Notes under the pieces: model-generated
What the model saw: the letters and a program-made list of their open reading frames with translations, nothing else
Databases searched by the model: none
What the model was told of the DNA's origin: nothing
Part shown: positions 7,947-17,524 of the stretch, in pieces
Layout: each line of letters begins with the position of its first letter
Numbering within the stretch: the first letter of the stretch is position 1
Assembly (NCBI GenBank): GCA_000991245.1
Contig: LBRD01000001.1
Span: 5,467 to 69,466 of the forward strand
DNA from: Parcubacteria group bacterium GW2011_GWC1_36_108
Lineage (GTDB): Bacteria > Patescibacteriota > Minisyncoccia > Moranbacterales > GWC2-37-73
Reading direction: 5' to 3'
DNA: 64,000 nt
Position numbers and translations under genes: made by a program

Positions 7947-10900
7947 TTATCCATTAACAATTTCTTCGAGTTTCCAAAAACGACTGCCGCCTTTTTCAAT
8001 CAACTCATTTATCAATTCCGAAACTGCCAACTTCGTTGCATCATTTTTGTATAAAATTTCAAAAGCCCTGACGAAATCATTCACATAGATCATATTTCTA
8101 AATGATTCCGATTTTTTGAGACAGTACTCCAATAAATAAGCTTTCAGTATTCTCAATGTTTCTTGCGGTGCTTGCTCAGCAAGAATTGGCACAGACTTGA
8201 TCAAGCCATAATCCCAATCTGTTTCGCCTTTGCTTTTCTCAAGAGTTTCGGCAATGTGATCCGCAAGCCATTTGGAATCGGCAAAAACATTTTGTTCCTT
8301 GTCCACCCAAAAGCCAAAACCAGCAAAAACTTCTTCATTTTCAACATTCTTAAGTGTCCAATCCCAAAGGTCTTTTATTTTTTGCACATCAACTTTGCTC
8401 TCTTTGATGATAGTGGTTGCATTGGCGTTTGAAACAATATGCCTACCAACAAAAGAAATAGATTCTTTTTGCCTTGTCGTGTTTTGATTTTTCCAAAACA
8501 TTTCAAACAACTTTGAGCCTATTTTGAAATCAGGAAAATGAACATACGCAAGTGCCAAATGAGTTGCCAAACCTTCATCAATATTTTTGAAGTATTTTCT
8601 ATCAGTATAAATTTTCGAATCAAGCTGGATTGCTCTTTCATACAAATCCTCAAATTGAACGAACATGTCTCCATAGATATTGGCAGAAAGATACCCTTCC
8701 CAGGCTGCAAGATACAAATCAAATTTATCACCATCTTTTGAAAATATTTTTGGCATCAAAGAAGCAATCCATTTTTTGTCTCTATAATAAAAAGACGGTA
8801 AATAATGTCCAAACAAAAACATGATCGCAAAAGTCTTCTCCCTTTCCAGTGTCTCTTCAAAAATTTCCTTAACTTCTTTGGAAATTTCTTTTTCTGAAGA
8901 ATTTTCTCCCTCACGATAGACAAAAAGCACCAACGCCTGAAAAGCTCTTCCACGAACTGAATTTATGGCAACAAAGAAAGGTTCGCTTTCCTCCTCAGTA
9001 TTCCTTTCAAGACCGGGATTTTGATGTGCGAGGAGATGTTTGATGACAAACAATAATTGTTCGTGATGTTTTGAAAAATCAATTGTTGTTTGAGTTTTTC
9101 CTTCTCCCAGCAATTCTTTGATGACATCAGACATTGAATAGAAAACTGATTTCCAGCCAACAAGCCAGGCATCAAACTCTTGACGCCTATCATTCTCTTC
9201 AGGAAAATTTTCATCCGCATCTGATTTGACAATGTTTTCAATCAAAATCAGCAACTTTCCAAAATCAACATTTTCTTTTTCAACTTTATTTTCTCGCAAA
9301 ACATCATACACACCTTGCAAAAATGAATGAGTGTAGTGCTGATCCAAAACATCTCGATTGAAAAACAGCTCTGCAGAATCAATATATTCCTCAAATCTTT
9401 GAGTGATGTCTTGTTTGAGCAAGTTTCCCATTCCTTCCGCATTCAAAGGATTCATGAAATCTTTTTCGGTGTCCATAGCTTGAAGATTTTTCGGCGACCA
9501 TATTTCACAAAGATTTGAAACTATTTCCGAAACTTTAAATTTTTGCAAATCTTCCAGGGTTATTGGAGCTTTTGCAGAAATGAATCCTGCCATCCCGTTT
9601 GAAACAATGCTTGGCTCCGGCTGAAACTCTTCTGCGATTTTGCCTTCCAACTTTTCCTCGGCTATGTTTTTTTCATTTGCATCAAGCTCAAAAAAAACGC
9701 AGGAAAGAATTTCACGTCCTTTAACTTTGTGCCAAAATTCATCTTTTTCATCCTCTCTTTTTTTGCCGAAATATTCAATGACATTTTTGATAAATTGTCT
9801 TTTATCCTCATTTAAAAGTACAGAAAAACCTCTTTTCAAAGCCTGCTCATATTCAGCTCCGAAAATCAAATCATAACCATTCTTGTTTTCCTCAAAAAAT
9901 CTAAAAAAGGCTTTTTTCAACTCCGCTTGGAAAATTTGAGGATGAAGACTGAGCACAAACAAACTGAAACGCCACATTGAACGACTGAGTGGCAAAGTTT
10001 CAGCATACTCAGCATACATCCTTTTCATTTTTTCTGGCTCGGCATAATTTTTTGCAAACAATCTTTCAATGAGTTTTTTCATCACAGCAGTCAAGTTCTT
10101 CACATCATCGCGATATGAAGAATGCCTGTCATCTTCAAGTTCAAGTGTGAAAAAATCAACATCAAAAAGTCCAAAGCTATCCTCCACCTCAAAAATCTCG
10201 TTTTTGCTTTTTCTTTTTTTATTTGGGACAATTTTTTTCATCACATCCAAAACAAGTTTCAAAGCCTCTTCCAAATTTTCATCGTCAATTTCAGTCAAAT
10301 GTTTGAAAATTTCAATTTCACCAAGATCCCTAAAATAGAACGGGTTTTCCATGCCAAAAGTTTCTTTTTCACTCGCAACTTCTTTAGGGCGGACAGCCAG
10401 AACAGATTCAGTCAAAATCAAGAAATTTTTCCAATCTTTTGCTTCGGCAAGTTTTTCAAGCATTTGCTGATATTCAAAACCGAAATTGTTGAATTTTTTC
10501 ATCAATTGGATCCATTTTTCATCTCTGATCTTCAAAACCATTCTGACAAGTTGCTCTTTTGGCAAGGAACTGCAGATATATGCAAAGCTATTGATGACTT
10601 CCGGATTGAAATTTTCATCGGAAATTGGAACATCGAGCATGAAGTTGACAACACCAGCGGGGTCTTGTTCTGAGATATTCACAAGATATTGCAACTCTGG
10701 CAGAGTGTAGGAATATTGATTTTTGTCATTTACAGTTTTTTTCACTGCATCCAGAAATCCATTTTTGTGCAAAAATTTTAACCAATTTTTATCAGCTTTA
10801 TTAAAAAAATAGTCTTGAGCATCAACATTTGATTTTAAGATCAATTCCAAATCATTCTTTATTTGTTTTGTTTTTCCAGAAAGTTTTTCCTGAATAATTA

Positions 10901-11474
10901 AATCAATAACATTATGAATGTATATTTGCTGGAAACCGAAAGATTTATTGAGAACATTAATAGCATTTTGCATTAATTCTTCAAACTCACTGTGATCATC
11001 TAAGCTAACAAACTCCTTTTCCGAAAGACATCCTAGATTTACACCATGATGCGCAATATCTGACATTTTCCTATATATTATATCAAGATTTTTAAAAGTA
11101 TCTATAAATTCTCTGTTAAATTTTTTGCCTTCACTCTTTTCATCTGTAGCATAACAATTAAATAATTTTATCAAGTTATAATTTACATTTTTACCAATAA
11201 GAGGAAAAAGAACTTCCCTCATGGAATTTGCAGCCTGACTCATCCAATCAGGATTCGATCTACATTCCAATCTAATTGCATAAAAAGCCCCCTTAATCAA
11301 ATCAGAAGGTTTTCTCCCTATATGTTTTTTAGGATAACTATTATAAAAACTATCTATCTTGTTACATAGTTCACTCACATTTGATCCAGGAATAACTGGG
11401 GACAAAACAAAATCACCATAAGAAACAAGGCTTGATGTTTTTTTATTTTCTATATGTTTTTTGTTATTTCCCAT
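7947..11474 (-). CDS. Large hypothetical helical protein with possible N-terminal HEPN-like domain
   Basis: 1175-aa ORF; NPDWMSQAANSMREVL...YRKMSDIAHHG near the N-terminus; no Walker motifs seen. Confidence 0.7.
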   Translation of the reverse strand: MGNNKKHIENKKTSSLVSYGDFVLSPVIPGSNVSELCNKIDSFYNSYPKKHIGRKPSDLIKGAFYAIRLECRSNPDWMSQAANSMREVLFPLIGKNVNYNLIKLFNCYATDEKSEGKKFNREFIDTFKNLDIIYRKMSDIAHHGVNLGCLSEKEFVSLDDHSEFEELMQNAINVLNKSFGFQQIYIHNVIDLIIQEKLSGKTKQIKNDLELILKSNVDAQDYFFNKADKNWLKFLHKNGFLDAVKKTVNDKNQYSYTLPELQYLVNISEQDPAGVVNFMLDVPISDENFNPEVINSFAYICSSLPKEQLVRMVLKIRDEKWIQLMKKFNNFGFEYQQMLEKLAEAKDWKNFLILTESVLAVRPKEVASEKETFGMENPFYFRDLGEIEIFKHLTEIDDENLEEALKLVLDVMKKIVPNKKRKSKNEIFEVEDSFGLFDVDFFTLELEDDRHSSYRDDVKNLTAVMKKLIERLFAKNYAEPEKMKRMYAEYAETLPLSRSMWRFSLFVLSLHPQIFQAELKKAFFRFFEENKNGYDLIFGAEYEQALKRGFSVLLNEDKRQFIKNVIEYFGKKREDEKDEFWHKVKGREILSCVFFELDANEKNIAEEKLEGKIAEEFQPEPSIVSNGMAGFISAKAPITLEDLQKFKVSEIVSNLCEIWSPKNLQAMDTEKDFMNPLNAEGMGNLLKQDITQRFEEYIDSAELFFNRDVLDQHYTHSFLQGVYDVLRENKVEKENVDFGKLLILIENIVKSDADENFPEENDRRQEFDAWLVGWKSVFYSMSDVIKELLGEGKTQTTIDFSKHHEQLLFVIKHLLAHQNPGLERNTEEESEPFFVAINSVRGRAFQALVLFVYREGENSSEKEISKEVKEIFEETLEREKTFAIMFLFGHYLPSFYYRDKKWIASLMPKIFSKDGDKFDLYLAAWEGYLSANIYGDMFVQFEDLYERAIQLDSKIYTDRKYFKNIDEGLATHLALAYVHFPDFKIGSKLFEMFWKNQNTTRQKESISFVGRHIVSNANATTIIKESKVDVQKIKDLWDWTLKNVENEEVFAGFGFWVDKEQNVFADSKWLADHIAETLEKSKGETDWDYGLIKSVPILAEQAPQETLRILKAYLLEYCLKKSESFRNMIYVNDFVRAFEILYKNDATKLAVSELINELIEKGGSRFWKLEEIVNG

Positions 11475-11637
11475 TATAATTTTTCGCTAAATCATATAGA
11501 GCTTACGAAATATTTACACACCTAATAATATTGGTACTGTTGGAATCTTTTCCGTACAAAGTTTTATTGAGAGAACCTTCGACTTTGCACCATCCTAAAT
11601 TTATTTCAAAATCTGAAATAAATTTTTATTTTACATT

Positions 11638-11659
11638 GTTACGTAGCATGTTACATGGT
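11638..11659. repeat. Tandem ACGT palindrome, degenerate second half
   Basis: gttacgtagc-at-gttacatggt, abutting the stop of the 236-aa gene. Confidence 0.75.
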
Positions 11660-12369
11660 TACTTTTTTTCTGAATATTTTTTCATAAAATATTTTCCCTT
11701 TTCGGTAAGATTAAATTTTTCACTTCCACTACTATTTGGCACTATTTCAATAAGTTCATGTGTGTCACAATAAACTTTTATACCAAGAGGAATATCACTC
11801 GCCCATCTGTTTCCTTCATAATATGTCTGACGAATTGAATCAAAAGAATTAAAATAATTTGAACCTTTAAAAATTTCGTATTCATCATCCCAAGCTTCTT
11901 CTTGGGACTTTTCTGATTTTATTTTCTTTACAGCTGTTTCTTTTTTAAGGACTTTTTCCTCCGCTTCTAATTTTATTTCTTCTGCTTGAAACTTCTTACC
12001 CTCCAATTTAAGGAAATCCTCTTCTTTTTTTAATTTTACAGTTTTAATATCATATTCATACTCCAAAGATTTTAGATAGTATTTTTTTGTTATTTTTGGT
12101 AGCCAAAATACGACTAGGTATGAAAACAAAAATGGAGTAAATAAACTATAAGCAATTGACCACAAATGACTTACGGGATAAAAAGTCAAAAGATAGTCGA
12201 TTTTCAAAACAGATTTTGACTGCATCAAAAGATCAGAATCGACAAAAAAAGTTACATACCAAACCCTCCAATTCCATACCAGCCAAGATGCAATAAATGC
12301 ACCCCAGAATGGACTAACTAATTTTTCGCCCAGGTTTTTCTCTAATGATTTTTTTGCTTCATCAAACAT
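11659..12369 (-). CDS. Hypothetical membrane protein (2 TM, coiled coil, wHTH-like tail)
   Basis: SPFWGAFIASWLVWNW TM segment, E/K-rich coil, C-terminal LTEKGK. Confidence 0.7.
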   Translation of the reverse strand: MFDEAKKSLEKNLGEKLVSPFWGAFIASWLVWNWRVWYVTFFVDSDLLMQSKSVLKIDYLLTFYPVSHLWSIAYSLFTPFLFSYLVVFWLPKITKKYYLKSLEYEYDIKTVKLKKEEDFLKLEGKKFQAEEIKLEAEEKVLKKETAVKKIKSEKSQEEAWDDEYEIFKGSNYFNSFDSIRQTYYEGNRWASDIPLGIKVYCDTHELIEIVPNSSGSEKFNLTEKGKYFMKKYSEKK

Positions 12370-12372
12370 ATT

Positions 12373-13125
12373 TTAAATTTTTTGAAAAATAAACAGATGC
12401 TCATGCATAATCAAGAGAAAATTGCTTTCTTGAGATCGTTTTACCCAAAAGCCGGTCGCTTTACAGTTGTGTTGTTTTTTAATAATATCCTCTTTCAACA
12501 TAAAACCTTGCTTCAAAAATCTCTCCATAACTTTAAATGCTAAGGGTTGATACATTTTTTCTCTTCTGGTATCCCCCATCAAAATTGCACAATATTTTCC
12601 TTTTTTCAAAACTCGAAATAATTCACTGGCAACTTTTTCAATTTCATCACAAAATTCATCCAGACTATGAATGCCAGATAAATCTTCTTTAATTTTTCCT
12701 TCGCTATATTTTATAATATCAACATATGGTGGATGAGTAAGAACAAAGTCTATTTCTTCATTCTTGATGAAGGTCATATTGCGAGCGTCACATTTTATTA
12801 TTCGTTGCTTGGATTTATTTTCAACCTCAAATTCCAAGGATTTTCTTGTACGTTCCAGTGCTTCTTCATTAACATCAACACAAGTGATATGACGATTTAA
12901 TATTTTTGCCTCTATTGCAGTCGTTCCACCACCAATCATGCAATCAAGAATGTGATCACTTTCTTTTGAATAACGCAGGATTAAATTACGTACCACTTCT
13001 GGCGCCCAGTTTCCACGCCAATCAGATTTATGTGTCGCCCAATTTCCACGACGTGGAAATGACCATACCGTTGTGCATTCTAAATCAAATTCGTCGGGAT
13101 GCAATTTGATATCTTTTTTGTTCAT
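12373..13125 (-). CDS. DNA amino-methyltransferase (N4C/N6A), HPPY variant
   Basis: DCMIGGGTT SAM-binding motif followed by THPPY catalytic motif; lies in the R-M cluster. Confidence 0.85.
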   Translation of the reverse strand: MNKKDIKLHPDEFDLECTTVWSFPRRGNWATHKSDWRGNWAPEVVRNLILRYSKESDHILDCMIGGGTTAIEAKILNRHITCVDVNEEALERTRKSLEFEVENKSKQRIIKCDARNMTFIKNEEIDFVLTHPPYVDIIKYSEGKIKEDLSGIHSLDEFCDEIEKVASELFRVLKKGKYCAILMGDTRREKMYQPLAFKVMERFLKQGFMLKEDIIKKQHNCKATGFWVKRSQESNFLLIMHEHLFIFQKI

Positions 13126-13934
13126 TATTTTATTTCTAAAATATATTTTTTGCTTTTTACTATTTTCATTTCATTACTAAGACCTTTTTTGTTGTGCTCT
13201 AAGTCGTATGCCCAATATTCAATTCCTCGATTATTTGTTTGCGCAAGCAACACCAGTGAATGCACTTTTTTATGCTGTAAAAGTTTTTCCCATTTTAGCA
13301 GTGGAATCAATGCCTGATTAATATCAAAATTTTCCTGATTAAATGAACTCTTCATCTCTACAATAACTACAGTATCTGGCCATTCAAAACCACCATCTAT
13401 TTCAATTTGAGCTTTGGACATGTCTATATCGGAAGTTCCCACAACAAGATGAACAGCAGCTCGTTGACGACCACCCGTAAATAAAATTCCTGCTTTACCC
13501 AATTCGTAGAAATCTGAAATAATACCTGAGTAATTAGCAATTGCCAACAATGTAGTTTCTCCAGGATTAGTATTCCGACTCATTGTATCCCTAACGCCAA
13601 CTATCATACCGTCTGTTAACTTATTTTTTGGTTGAAAAATAATTTCCTCATCTGGTTTTATAAATTTAACGCTCTCAGTATGCAATATAAGTTTCCACTT
13701 TTGACGACTCAAGGGTATCTTAGCTACGCTCCTTTTCTTAACAGCTTTAATTTTTTCACTTCCGTAATGGAAAATACGTATTTCTCCTTGTCCTGATTTT
13801 TTGTATTTTGATAAAAATGGTTCAAGATCTTCCCTGCTATATTCAACTACATCATTTCCATCTGGACGATTATCCCAGAATTTTTTAAGAAACTTCTCCC
13901 AAGCTGCTTCTTTCCATGAATCTTTATTGGCCAT
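13125..13934 (-). CDS. PD-(D/E)XK nuclease-like protein
   Basis: QIEIDGGFE...VVIVEMK catalytic pattern; between the REase and the second MTase. Confidence 0.65.
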   Translation of the reverse strand: MANKDSWKEAAWEKFLKKFWDNRPDGNDVVEYSREDLEPFLSKYKKSGQGEIRIFHYGSEKIKAVKKRSVAKIPLSRQKWKLILHTESVKFIKPDEEIIFQPKNKLTDGMIVGVRDTMSRNTNPGETTLLAIANYSGIISDFYELGKAGILFTGGRQRAAVHLVVGTSDIDMSKAQIEIDGGFEWPDTVVIVEMKSSFNQENFDINQALIPLLKWEKLLQHKKVHSLVLLAQTNNRGIEYWAYDLEHNKKGLSNEMKIVKSKKYILEIK

Positions 13935-13968
13935 AATATAATTTATTTATTATTTCTTGTTTTGGTAA

Positions 13969-14835
13969 TTACCACGCTAATTCTTCAAGAGATCCCTGCT
14001 CTACCATTTGCAAATTGAAAACATATTCATTGTTGTTATATGTTTCTTCGAGTGGTCTTTTTGTTGTGTGCCAACCAAGTCCATCAGTAACCCAAACAAA
14101 ATCAATGCCCTGTTCTTTCAGTTCTCTATAAAGATCTTTAAACTCTCCACAAACTGCTTTCAATTTTGAACCGCCGCCATTGTAAAAATTAACTTCAAAC
14201 AATTTAATTTTTTTATTTTCAGGATTAAATACGGCGAAGTCAAAACTTCTTTCTGATTTATTTACCTTAACTTCGACACCCCACTTATTGCGAATTTCCG
14301 TAGAGCTTGCCTGCGCTATGTATTCAAAACCTTTTTGTTCACATAATTTGCCAATATGAGATTCAACTATTTTCTCCATTAGTGACCCTCCGCGATTTTT
14401 TCTGCCGTTGCTATCCAGTCCAACTTCAACACCAATAACATAATCAACAAGATTTTTAATTCCCTCTTTTTTAAAAAGGTTTATCAAGCCAGTTCTCTCA
14501 AGAAACATATAATACTTTTCAAAATTATCAACGCCAGCTTCATTATTCTTAAAATCAAAGATTTCAAAACTCCCATCACTTAATTCAAATATCTCTAACT
14601 GCTTTTCCCTTACTGCCAATAAGACTGGAAAAGCCTTAACTACGTCAGAATTAGTTTCGTATAATGTTTTAAATTCCGCCTTCAAATCCTCTTTTCCCAA
14701 AAGATAATTTAATTTATTCAGAATAATTTCCATCTCCGAACTATTTGTAAAAACCTTTTCCCAATTTACAAAATATTCCCATGTTTTAATTGAGTTTTTT
14801 AATGTATCTACTAAATTTTGAAAGTCTTTCTGCAT
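13969..14835 (-). CDS. dpnB: DpnII/MboI-family type II restriction endonuclease (GATC)
   Basis: GVEVGLDSNGRKNRGG, FEVNFYNGGGSKL, WVTDGLGW motifs. Confidence 0.92.
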   Translation of the reverse strand: MQKDFQNLVDTLKNSIKTWEYFVNWEKVFTNSSEMEIILNKLNYLLGKEDLKAEFKTLYETNSDVVKAFPVLLAVREKQLEIFELSDGSFEIFDFKNNEAGVDNFEKYYMFLERTGLINLFKKEGIKNLVDYVIGVEVGLDSNGRKNRGGSLMEKIVESHIGKLCEQKGFEYIAQASSTEIRNKWGVEVKVNKSERSFDFAVFNPENKKIKLFEVNFYNGGGSKLKAVCGEFKDLYRELKEQGIDFVWVTDGLGWHTTKRPLEETYNNNEYVFNLQMVEQGSLEELAW

Positions 14836-14849
14836 AAATATAGACTTTT

Positions 14850-15821
14850 TTAATAATTGATTACGACAACCTCCTTAATTTTTCCTCTTCCTGTGCCTTT
14901 TGAATTTATTGAACGTCCAGCGTCAACAGTGTGAATTTTTATTTTTTTGCCTAGTCCAGAATATAATTCATTAATAAGTGGCGTATCAGAATTTGAAAGC
15001 ATAACATAGCAACCTCTCTTGTGGAGTTCCATAAAGGCATCCTTCAATTCTATTTGTTGTTTTTCAAGAAATCCCTCCTTGGTATAACTCGTAAAACTAG
15101 AAGTTGCATTAACAGGATAATAAGGCGGATCAAAATAAACAAAATCTCCTTTTTTTGCTTTTTCTAAAACTTTTCCATAATCCTGATGCAAAATTTTGGT
15201 ATGTTTCATTGCATCATGGGCTTTCCGCAAATTTTCTTCATCACAAATAAGTGGATTTTTATTATCCCCAAATGGAACATTGAATTGACCACTACTATTA
15301 ACACGAAACATCCCATTGAAACAAGTTCTATTCAGATATATAAAACGAGCAGCAACATCAACATCAGAAAGTTTTTTAAAATCTTGCGCACGAACTTTGA
15401 GAAAATATTCTTTATTATTTTTCTTTTGATGTTCTTTTAATTTTTTTATTAATCCTTCAACATCATTTTTAATAACATTATAAGTTGTTACTAATTCGGC
15501 ATTCATATCAGACAAAACAGCTTTTTTTGGCAACAAATCAAAAAACATTGCCCCACCACCGACAAAAGGCTCAAAGTAAGTTGCAGTTTTCGGATCAAAG
15601 TCATAGGGCGGATATAAATCTCTCTCCCTAAATTGTTTGAGTAATTGCCTTTTTCCTCCAACCCACTTTACAAACGGTTTTGGATTTTCATCTTTAAATT
15701 CTTTGTACGCCGATATGATATTTTCAGCTGATGCATTTTTAAGGTTCGACATAAAAACCCGCAGATGAATTGGATGGATATTTAAACTGACGGCTATATC
15801 TTGTATTATTTTTTGTGTCAT
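14850..15821 (-). CDS. dam: Dam/DpnM-family DNA adenine methyltransferase
   Basis: KWVGGKRQL, YFEPFVGGGA, YLNRTCFNG, FVYFDPPY motifs. Confidence 0.95.
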   Translation of the reverse strand: MTQKIIQDIAVSLNIHPIHLRVFMSNLKNASAENIISAYKEFKDENPKPFVKWVGGKRQLLKQFRERDLYPPYDFDPKTATYFEPFVGGGAMFFDLLPKKAVLSDMNAELVTTYNVIKNDVEGLIKKLKEHQKKNNKEYFLKVRAQDFKKLSDVDVAARFIYLNRTCFNGMFRVNSSGQFNVPFGDNKNPLICDEENLRKAHDAMKHTKILHQDYGKVLEKAKKGDFVYFDPPYYPVNATSSFTSYTKEGFLEKQQIELKDAFMELHKRGCYVMLSNSDTPLINELYSGLGKKIKIHTVDAGRSINSKGTGRGKIKEVVVINY

Positions 15822-15911
15822 ATTTTTATTTTAAACTCTTACAGTGATATTATATCATTCAATAGGTTCGAACACAACTGTGGATAACTTATTTTTCAAA
15901 AATAAAACCTT

Positions 15912-15933
15912 GTTACGTAACATGCTACGTAAC
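15912..15933. repeat. Tandem ACGT palindrome
   Basis: gttacgtaac-at-gctacgtaac with ttg/caa flanks. Confidence 0.85.
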
Positions 15934-16029
15934 AACATCAATTGACTTATGCCCCATTATCTCATAATCCCCCCACTTAATCAATTAAATAAAACAAAGA
16001 AAAGACCGGCTGAATTGCCAGTCTTTTGC

Positions 16030-16218
16030 CTATTTTCTACCTCCTCTTTTTTCAACCTCCCCATCTTTCAATTCTTTGCCAGACCAGCGTCCAAAACGTG
16101 CGCCACAATCTTGGCAGACAATTTCACTCACGCCGTCATAATACTCAGGATGCATCATGTCATATTCCACCATGATAATATTTTCACTTCCGCACTTTTT
16201 ACATTTTTCGTTTTCCAT
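16030..16218 (-). CDS. Small zinc-ribbon protein
   Basis: CKKCG...CQDCG; 13 nt downstream of fic and followed by a hairpin. Confidence 0.7.
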   Translation of the reverse strand: MENEKCKKCGSENIIMVEYDMMHPEYYDGVSEIVCQDCGARFGRWSGKELKDGEVEKRGGRK

Positions 16219-16231
16219 ATTATTTTCAATT

Positions 16232-17296
16232 TTATTTTTTCACCATCCTATATCTTGTTGCCCTTCCCATCCCAATGCGCCTGATCAGTCCATGTTCAAG
16301 CAATCTTGCCACGGATTTTTTTATGGTTGGCAATGGAATGTCGGCCAAGTTTTTTTTGATTTCAGCCACGCCCAATTCAACCTCAACATTGCCAAACAAA
16401 TCAAAAATTTTCTTTTGCACCTCAGAAAGCAAACTTTCTGGATCATTTCCTTTGAGCAAGTCTATCGCTTTTTTTGATTGAATCAAGATGCAGTCCAAGA
16501 AAAAATTAATCCACGGATCAATATTCTCATCAGTAGTCTTGTGATTTTTTTGTGTTTCCCTTAGAGCCAAATAGTATTCCGACTGTTTATCTTCAATGAT
16601 TTCTTCCAGGGAAACATATGGGACATGCAAATATCCAGCCTGGAGCATCATAAGATTTGTCAATGCGCGAGAAAGTCGCCCATTCCCATCTTCAAATGGA
16701 TGGATTGCGAGAAATTCAAAAATGAAATTTGCAATCATCACCAGAGGATGCATTTCTTTTTTTCCCTGATTTTCCTTGAGCCACTCCAAAGCATCATCCA
16801 TCTCTTTTTTCACAAGCCATGGAGGCGTTGGATTGAAAAGAATTTTCTTAACTTCTCCATTTTGAACAATTGCAACTGTGTTTTCTTTCTTTTTGTATTT
16901 TCCTCTATGCAATTTGTCTTTTTCAGAAAACTCAAGCATGATTTCATGGAGTTGCAAAATTCTGTTTTCAGTTATTTTCAGCGAATCATGATGATCAAAA
17001 ATTCTTCCAAGCAAATCAGCATAACCAGCAACTTCCTGCTCATCTCTGTTTTTTGGAACCAGCTGTTTTATGCCACGCAAAAATCTGTCCACTTGCTGGT
17101 CAGTCATTTTTGAACCCTCAATACGCGTGGATGATCCCGTGCTAGTGATAATCACTGAACGCTTAAGTTGACCCAATATTCTTGGATTCAATGCTAGTGA
17201 TCCCTTCCATTGCCCTTTCATTTCATCAATCTTGGTAATTTTGAGCAAAATCTCATTGGAAAGCCTTATTCTTTTGTCTAGTCTGTCTTTTTTCAT
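16232..17296 (-). CDS. Fic family protein with C-terminal wHTH
   Basis: HPFEDGNGRLSR Fic motif; N-terminal STRIEG inhibitory motif. Confidence 0.93.
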   Translation of the reverse strand: MKKDRLDKRIRLSNEILLKITKIDEMKGQWKGSLALNPRILGQLKRSVIITSTGSSTRIEGSKMTDQQVDRFLRGIKQLVPKNRDEQEVAGYADLLGRIFDHHDSLKITENRILQLHEIMLEFSEKDKLHRGKYKKKENTVAIVQNGEVKKILFNPTPPWLVKKEMDDALEWLKENQGKKEMHPLVMIANFIFEFLAIHPFEDGNGRLSRALTNLMMLQAGYLHVPYVSLEEIIEDKQSEYYLALRETQKNHKTTDENIDPWINFFLDCILIQSKKAIDLLKGNDPESLLSEVQKKIFDLFGNVEVELGVAEIKKNLADIPLPTIKKSVARLLEHGLIRRIGMGRATRYRMVKK

Positions 17297-17524
17297 ATAT
17301 ATTCAGATATATCCAATTGTATACGATAATATCCATAAAGTCAAGCTTTTGCTGTGCACATTTTTTTGATTTTTTGTGCATAATTGTCAAGATGTACACA
17401 ATATGTGTGCTAAGTTCTACTTTATGCTCAAATAAGCCATTTTTGTGACAATCACATGATCAATTACTTCAATTCCCAGAATCTTCCCTGCTTCAATAAG
17501 CTGCTTAATAATTGCAAGAATAAA

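Noticed and set aside
7148-15933. ACGT palindromes as dif/pdif (XerCD) sites
   Set aside because: The arms loosely resemble Xer arms, but the TAA...TTA spacing is 4 bp rather than 6 and there is no distinct XerC/XerD asymmetry.
5174-17524. Classical integron or prophage
   Set aside because: No IntI/tyrosine recombinase or phage genes, and no consistent RYYYAAC...GTTRRRY attC cores at the junctions.
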